Positions 39,000 through 49,323 of a stretch of 49,323 nt of DNA are shown one piece after another. Location: the NCBI GenBank assembly GCA_964016885.1, contig CAXHJY010001689.1, forward strand, positions 1-49,323, read 5' to 3'. The position numbers were made by a program, and so were the translations under genes. The notes below the pieces were generated by a model. That model was not told the DNA's origin. It saw nothing but the letters and a program-made list of their open reading frames with translations, and ran no database searches. The stretch is from Eledone cirrhosa. Lineage: Eukaryota. Within the stretch, counting starts at the first letter, position 1, and every line of letters starts with the position of its first letter.

Positions 39000-41945
39000 T
39001 CTAGTGCTGGTGGCACAAATAAAAGCACCCAGTCCATGCTGTAAAGTGGCGCTGGTGTTAGGAAGGGCATCCAACCAGTGTATCAATGCCAAAAGCTTAT
39101 CAGCACAGCAACAAAACAGCATAGAAAAATATGAAGACGTCGCATCTCAGAGTTGCAACACTTAATGTTGGCACTCTCAGAGGTAGATCTGCTGAAATAG
39201 CGGAGATGCTGGAGAGAAGGCAGGTGGATGTGTGCTGCGTGCAAGAGGTGAGATGGAGAGGTGCCTCTGCGAGACTAGTCGTAGGCAAGCGTCTTAGCTA
39301 TAAGCTATTCTGGGTAGGTAAGGATGATGGGTTAGGGGGAGTAGGCATTTTCCTGGCTGAGAAATGGATCAATAAGACAATAGAGGTAGTTCGAGTTAGT
39401 AATCGAATAATTAAGCTTAGATTAGTTGTAGGTAGGAGACTACTGACAATCATTTCGGTCTATGCTCCCCAAGCAAGCCTAGGCAAAGATGAGAAAGACT
39501 GCTTTTATGAGCAACTCTTGCAAACAACCACAATGACAGAGGACGGAGACATCGTTATGCTAGCAGGAGACTTCAATGGTCATGTTGGACAGCTCCAGGA
39601 TGGTTACACTGGGGTACATGGTGGGCACGGTTGTGGTTCAAGAAATGAAGGAGTGAGACTTCTTGAATTTTGTGATGCAAGTACATTGACTATTTGCAAC
39701 ACAAACTTCCAGAAACCTGCCAATCACCTAATAACCTACAAATCTGGTGAGCACATAGGAAGGTGTGGAGAAGAAAGGTCTGGAAGCTAAAAGACCTTTC
39801 ACTAAAATACAAATTTAGGAAAGCCCTTCAAGATGTATATGACGAAAAAGAAGACGATTTAGAGACGTATGACATAGATAATAACTGGAAGTTCTTACGT
39901 GACAACTTGCTGCAGGCTACTGATGAAACCTGTGGCTGGAGCAGAGCTCCAACCAGACAGAGAGTGACCTGGTGGTGGAACAGCACAGTAGATAAGGCTA
40001 TTAGAGACAAAAGACTAGCATGGAAGGCTTGGAAAAAGGGTGGGAGTAGGGAAGAATATACAGCCACTAAGAGAGAAGCTAGACGTCAGGTGTACTTAGC
40101 ATGCAGGGAGGCAGAGAGTAGGAAGTTTGCCAATGTTCTGCGTGCGGTGTTCCACATTGCAAAGCAGTGTGTCAATGCAAATCAGGATGTTGTTGGTGAT
40201 AAATGTGTCCGGGATGATGCCGGTGTACTTAGTGTCACGAATGACCAGAAAAAGGAGGCCTGGAAATGTCATTATGAGAGACTGATGAATGTGGAGAACG
40301 AATGGGAGAAAGAGAAATTACCCTTGGTAGATCCGACAGAGGGACCAGCTATTGAGATTGACGAATATAGGGTCCAAGAGGCGATTAGGGAAATGAAAAA
40401 TGGTAAGGCGGCCGGACCATCGGGAATAGTTGCTGAGATGCTGAAGGCATCAGGGGACGTAGGCACTAAACTGGTTGCACGCATCATCAATCAGGCTATA
40501 TATGGTGGTGTCATACCCAAAGACTGGTGCAGCAGTATTCTCATAAATTGCTACAAAGGTAAAGGGGATGCTTTGGAGAGGAGCAATTATAGGGGTATAA
40601 AGCTGATAGATCAGGTTATGAAAGTGGCAGAAAGGATTTTAGCACAACTAATTAGAGAAAGGGTCAAACTAGATGAGATGCAGTTTGGTTTTGTGCCTGG
40701 GAAGAGTACAACAGATGCCCTCTTCTTGGTGAGACAAATGCAAGAGAGGTTCTTAGAGAAGAATAAGCCACTATACCTAGCCTTTGTTGACCTAGAGAAG
40801 GCCTTTGATAGGGTACCCTGATCTGTCATCTGGTGGTCCCTAAGGAAGCTGGGTGTTGAGGAATGGCTTGTGAGGACAGTGCAAACTCTGTACAGAGGTA
40901 CTCTCAGTAAAGTCAGGGTAGGAATGGAGTTTAGTGAGGAATTCCAGATACAAGTAGGAGTACATCAGGGTTCGGTCCTCACCCCGCTCTTGTTCATTAT
41001 AGTCCTCCAAGCCATAACAGAGGAGTTTAAGACTGGCTGTCCATGGGAACTTCTCTATGCTGACGATCTGGCTCTTATGGCAGAATCAGTAGAGGAGCTA
41101 GAGAATAAATTCCGGCTATGGAAACAGCAGTTGGAAGCAAGAGGACTGAGAGTAAATCTAGCTAAGACAAAAGTGTTGATGAGTAGAAAAGAGGACAAAA
41201 CCCTGATTCCGTCAGGGAAATGGCCATGTTCGATATGCAGAAAAGGAACTGGCATAAATTCTATAAAATGCACACAATGCAGGTCCTGGGTACACAAGAG
41301 ATGTAGCGGGATAGCAGGCAAACTAACAGGTAGGGAGAAATATGTATGCAGTAGATGTACAGGGAAATTAGACAGTAGAAGTCGCACTGATAGACACATT
41401 TTTCAAATGCGAGAGGGCGCTATAGAAGTGGTGGATAGCTTCCGGTACCTAGGAGATCAGATTAGCATGGGAGGAGGGTGTTCCGAGGCCATAGTATCTA
41501 GAATAAGGACGGGTTGGAAGAAGTTTAGGGAGCTGCTTCCTCTGTTGACGAAGAAGGGTTTCTCCCTGCGTACGAAAGGCCGGTTGTATGATGCCTGTGT
41601 GAGGAGCGCGATGCTGCATGGTAGTGAGACATGGGCAGCAACCGCAGAGGATATGCGACGGCTGGAGAGAAATGAGGCAAGCATGCTCCGTTGGATGTGC
41701 AGTGTAAATGTGCGTGAACGACCCAGCATAAATGTGTTGAGAGAGAAACTGTGTCTGAGAGGGATAGAATGTAGTGTACGGGAGAGGAGACTGAGGTGGT
41801 ATGGACATGTGATGCGCATGGAGGATGACCGATGGGTGAAGAAGTGCCAGGAAATGCCAGTTGAGGGAAGACGTGGTAGAGGTAGACCACGAAAAATATG
41901 GGCGGAGGTGGTGAGAACAGACCTCAGATCATTGAAGCTCACGGC
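39000..41945 (+). mobile_element. RTE family B, near full length, inactivated
   Basis: ORFs 39131..39790 (APE), 39763..40821 and 40870..41945 (RT, PHD-like finger, RRLRWYGHVMR). One deletion and one in-frame stop. The 5' boundary is uncertain. Confidence 0.93.
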
Positions 41946-42030
41946 ATGTACCCATGTACCCATGGGAGGTCGGGTACCCTGTATTACTGCGTGACGCCAG
42001 AAGTCACGGTCGTGTGTCATTGACTTTGAG
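41946..42030 (-). mobile_element. Inverted RTE family C fragment
   Basis: Matches 42947-43025. Confidence 0.8.
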
Positions 42031-42044
42031 AGATATATTATGTA

Positions 42045-42162
<118 letters not shown>

Positions 42163-42172
42163 ATATTATATA

Positions 42173-42531
42173 TACAATATTAAATAAATGGAAACTATAT
42201 AAACAGTTTTATAGATAAATAGATTCGACATACCGTAACATCGACTTGCATTTGAATCAACCTTTTCAAATGCAAGTCGATGTCGATGTTGTTACGGTAT
42301 GTCGAATCTATTTATCTATAAAACTGTTTATATTGTATTTTGTCTGAGGAAGGCATAGCATATTGTTAATATGATATCCCTGAAATATATATAATGAAAT
42401 AAATATGGTTTTATAAATATAGTTTCCATTTATTTAATATTGTAAATATACTCCAAATATTTGTCGAGTGCTTTTATATCAGTTATAAATATTTACTAGT
42501 TGTAACCCAACAATTTAAATATAACTTTCCA
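42173..42531 (+). mobile_element. Fold-back Penelope-like/retrozyme end (family 7)
   Basis: Inverted arm 42173-42256, direct copy from 42265 with hammerhead, tail, TA flanks. Confidence 0.8.
42336..42401 (+). ncRNA. Type I minimal hammerhead ribozyme
   Basis: TATTTTGT-CTGAGGA-AGG..CATATT(GTT)AATATG..CCT-GAAA-TATATA-TA^ATGAAATA. Confidence 0.8.
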
Positions 42532-42555
42532 TATATTATATATATATATATATAT

Positions 42556-42587
<32 letters not shown>

Positions 42588-42638
42588 ATATTATGTATAT
42601 ATATTATATATATATATTATATATATATATATATTATG

Positions 42639-43829
42639 TCATCATCATCATCATCATCATCACCGTTTTACGTCTGTTCTTCCACGCTAGCATGGGTTAG
42701 ACGGGTTGTCCTGTTGTGGGCAGTGTCTGGTCGGCTGACCATGCCTTGCTCATACAGGAACTGATCTGGCTTGATTTCTACAGCTGGATGCCCTTCCTAA
42801 CACCAACCTCATTTACAGTGAGTGCTGGGTGCTTTTTCGTGGCGCCTACACGTCCACTTTACAGTGTGGGCTGGGTGCTTTTTTGCCGTGGCACCTCTAC
42901 GACCACCTTGCGGTGGGGGGGGGGGCATATTGTTTATATGATTCAGCATGTACCCATGGGAGGTTGGGTACCCTGTATTACTGCGTGACGCCAGAAGTCA
43001 CGGTCGTGTGTCATTGACTTTGAGAGGTGTAGTTGGGTAAGGTCGGCTTTTATCACCTCATCCCAAGTCATCTTGGGTCTCCCCACTCCGCGGTTTCCAT
43101 CAACTTCTAGTGCTCTGCACCTTTTTATGCAGCTGTCATCCTTCATACGCATCACATGTCCATACCAGCGTAACCGCCTCTCCTGCACGCAGCATTTGAT
43201 TCCTCTTATGCTCAGTCTCTCTCTCAATTCATTTATGCTTTGTCGTTCACGTATATTACTGTTACACATCCATCGGAGCATGCAGGCTTCGTTTCTCTCT
43301 AATCTACGTAAGTCTTCCACCTTCAGCGCCCAGGTCTCACTACCATGCAACATCGCTGTTCGGATACACGCATCATACAGTCTGCCTTTCATTCTGAGGG
43401 AGAAGCCTTTTGCAGCTAGCAGTGGTAGTAGTTCCCTAAACTTCTTCCATCCCGTTCTTACCCTAGTTATTGTACTTTCTGAGCACCCACCTCCGTTGCT
43501 AATTCGGTCACCTAGGTAGCAGAAGCTGTCTACTGTTTCTACAGGGCCCTCCCAGAGATTGGTGGTACTTGTTTTTCCTGTGGCTGTTTGCTTGCTGTTT
43601 CAGCACAGCTGCTGCATGTGAATCCTACATTCTTAATTAAGCTTCCTGAGATCCCGCTACATCTCTTGTGTACCCATTGTTTGCATTTGGGGCAGAGAAT
43701 GGAGTTCCTACCTACACCTTTCCTACATACTGAGCAAGGCCATTTCCCTGAGGGGATCTGGGTTCTGTTTTCTCGTCTACTTATAAGGACCTTAGTCTTT
43801 GTCATGTTGACTTTGAGGCCCTTTCTCTC
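42639..43829 (-). mobile_element. RTE family C 3' fragment
   Basis: ORFs 42943..43392 and 43539..43805, (GAT)n tail, TA flanks. Confidence 0.92.
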
Positions 43830-43846
43830 TATTATATATATATTAT

Positions 43847-43890
<44 letters not shown>

Positions 43891-44064
43891 ATATATATTA
43901 TATATATATATATTATATATATATATATTATATATATATTATATATATATATATATATTATATATATATATATTATATATTATATATGTATATATATTAT
44001 ATATTATATATATATATATATTATATATATTATATATATATATATTATATATATATATATATAT

Positions 44065-44096
<32 letters not shown>

Positions 44097-44321
44097 ATAT
44101 TATATATATATATATATTGCATATATATATATTATATGTATATATATATTATATATATATATATATATTGCATATATATGTATATATATATTATATATAT
44201 ATATATTATATATATATATTATATATATATATATATTATATATATATGGCATATATATATTATATGTATATATATATTATATATATATATATTATATATA
44301 TATATATATATTATATATATA

Positions 44322-44358
<37 letters not shown>
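43830..44358. repeat. (TA)n tract
   Basis: Direct reading. Confidence 0.97.
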
Positions 44359-44360
<2 letters not shown>

Positions 44361-44451
44361 CGAAGGAAATGTGGTAAGGAACCAGGTGGACCATAACGCA
44401 CCAAAGTACTCAATACTTGAGGTAGTAGAGTGGGTAATAGGAACCAGTAAG

Positions 44452-44545
44452 ACCCCGACAGCTGAGCTCAAGCCGTTTCGACGGCTAATTCTGGACTAAA
44501 TGAACATTTATCCTGGTATTTAAATAGCCGATCTTCTCAAGGGGT
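44452..44545 (-). ncRNA. Type I hammerhead ribozyme, U3-A8 variant
   Basis: Reverse complement of 46185-46278. Confidence 0.8.
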
Positions 44546-45643
44546 AATTCCATATATGGTCAAAGTGATTGTCAAAAATCAGTAGTAATTCTGTGGTTGC
44601 AAATTAGTAGGGGAGATGGTGGCTAAACCTGCCAGTAGGAGAAAGAGGGGAGGGGGTGGAGTAGACCCAATCAAGCGTTGGTAGTGCCAGCTACAGCTGG
44701 GCATGAGGTCAAAGAAGATACAGGGGAGGGGGAGGGGGAGGAAGTCGGAACGGTAGGTAGAACAATGGGGGGTAAAAATAGGAAAGAAAAAATACTGAGA
44801 GTGAAGAAAAGCAAAAAAGTGTAAAGAAAAAATTAAATTCTACGACCTAGGTGTCAGGCTATTGTTAGGCGAGAATAAAATAAAGAAAGAAAGAAAGAAG
44901 TAAATAAATAAATAAATAAATAAATAAGGAAATAAGTAAAAGAACTAGGTGGGACGAATTAAGCAAGGACCCTTTTAAGAGGTATAAGTACGTAAATGAT
45001 ACGGTGACTGGTCAACAAAAGGGGCCAAAATACTAAAGAGACTACCACGAAATAAACAATAAAGGTTTCCATCCCGGGCCAGCAACGACCCAGTGCAGCA
45101 AAGTGAACTTGTACGACATAATAATTCTGAGTCCCGGGAAAAATATATACTAATGCTAACTCTAAAAGATCTAAAACAAGCTACATGAAAGTTCGTACGA
45201 AATAAAGGTAGAATACGGAGAAATAAGTTCAGAATCCACCCCGCCCAGAAGAAAAGCGAAGCAAGAAATACTGAAACGAAAAAATAAGGCATAAGTGCCA
45301 CTAAGAAATAAAGAGGGCACAGAGAATAGTGGGAGCGGTCGAAAAAGGGGGGCAAGTATCCGGGGTCTAAGCCAACTGCTATAAAGGGCGGAGTCCGCCA
45401 AATCTATCAAAGACTAGGGGAGGGGGGAGTGGGGGTACTAAGGCTACATGGGGCCAAAGGGCAGCCTCGGGTGGGCGAGAAAAGACGCCGACAAAGGAGA
45501 AGAGCTGGGGTAGAAGGACAAAGGAGAGAGGGGGGAAGGAAATAAAGGATGCGATAAAAGAATACAAAGAAGATCTTACGTCTTCCTTGGCAAGCAGGGG
45601 TTACCCATTGCAAAATCGGCAACTGGGGTGTTAAAGCCCTAGT

Positions 45644-45834
45644 CTACCCCCCCGGGTCATTATGGGGTTTGAGGGCGAGGTAAGTCCTACGCAATCTATG
45701 TTTACATGCAGTAACCAGTTCATCTTTCTTGTTTAGGAGTTGGTCCGTCGAAAACAGCATTTGTAAAGTTTCCTCCGAGCATAAATTGCACGGACGGCGT
45801 CCTCCCGTGTAAGAATTGGCTCTGGACAGTAATC
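45644..45834 (-). pseudogene. Penelope-like GIY-YIG C-terminal fragment with CxxC...CKH motif
   Basis: LLSRANSYTGGRRPCNLCSEETLQML...LLNKKDELVTACKH resembles the CNLC-x-x-E...LLNKR-x-EL...CRH end seen in aquatic-invertebrate PLEs. Confidence 0.75.
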
Positions 45835-46184
45835 TTCTTTCTTTCTTTATTTTATTCTCGCCTAACAATAGCCTGACACCTAGGTCGTAGAATTTAATTT
45901 TTTCTTTACACTTTTTTGCTTTTCTTCACTCTCAGTATTTTTTCTTTCCTATTTTTACCCCCCATTGTTCTACCTACCGTTCCGACTTCCTCCCCCTCCC
46001 CCTCCCCTGTATCTTCTTTGACCTCATGCCCAGCTGTAGCTGGCACTACCAACGCTTGATTGGGTCTACTCCACCCCCTCCCCTCTTTCTCCTACTGGCA
46101 GGTTTAGCCACCATCTCCCCTACTAATTTGCAACCACAGAATTACTACTGATTTTTGACAATCACTTTGACCATATATGGAATT

Positions 46185-46278
46185 ACCCCTTGAGAAGATC
46201 GGCTATTTAAATACCAGGATAAATGTTCATTTAGTCCAGAATTAGCCGTCGAAACGGCTTGAGCTCAGCTGTCGGGGT
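46185..46278 (+). ncRNA. Type I hammerhead ribozyme, U3-A8 variant
   Basis: ACCCC-TTGAGAA-GA(T)CGGCTA...TAGCCGTC-GAAA-CGGC(TTGAGCTCA)GCTG-TC^GGGGT. Confidence 0.8.
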
Positions 46279-46291
46279 CTTACTGGTTCCT

Positions 46292-49323
<3,032 letters not shown>

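Larger units (their letters stand above)
44359..46291 (-). mobile_element. 5'-truncated Penelope-like element (family 8) with inverted pLTR
   Basis: Endonuclease C-terminus at 45644-45834, ~1.3-kb 3' region, ~455-bp inverted repeat (44439-44895 vs 45835-46291), a hammerhead in each arm, TA flanks. Confidence 0.88.

Noticed and set aside
38355-39122. 255-aa G/V-rich ORF
   Set aside because: Low-complexity trinucleotide repeats.

Overview
Eukaryotic, gene-free and repeat-saturated DNA. The SINE, RTE and MITE content together with huge (TA)n tracts resembles a cephalopod (Octopus-like) genome; this is an inference from recalled repeat families. No host protein gene, rRNA, true tRNA or CRISPR array is supported. 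Contents: (TA)n-derived tracts; a 7.4-kb 23-bp minisatellite; a 51-bp composite array; a 48-bp array made from the amplified end of a piggyBac-type MITE; about 11 RTE-clade LINE copies or fragments carrying a PHD-like finger inside the RT; a CRE-type endonuclease fragment; tRNA-derived SINEs; mariner and Helitron-type MITEs. The main signal, which the ORF track does not show, is a dense set of Penelope-like/retrozyme-type insertions in (TA)n. They carry 13 type I hammerhead ribozyme motifs from about 8 unrelated sequence families. These include a U3-A8 core variant, a family-conserved A4 variant, a 310-bp tandem retrozyme-like unit and a recurring fold-back (inverted arm + direct copy + tail) architecture. 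In one case the inverted arm lacks exactly the ribozyme domain. All structures were paired by eye; no folding or database search was run.
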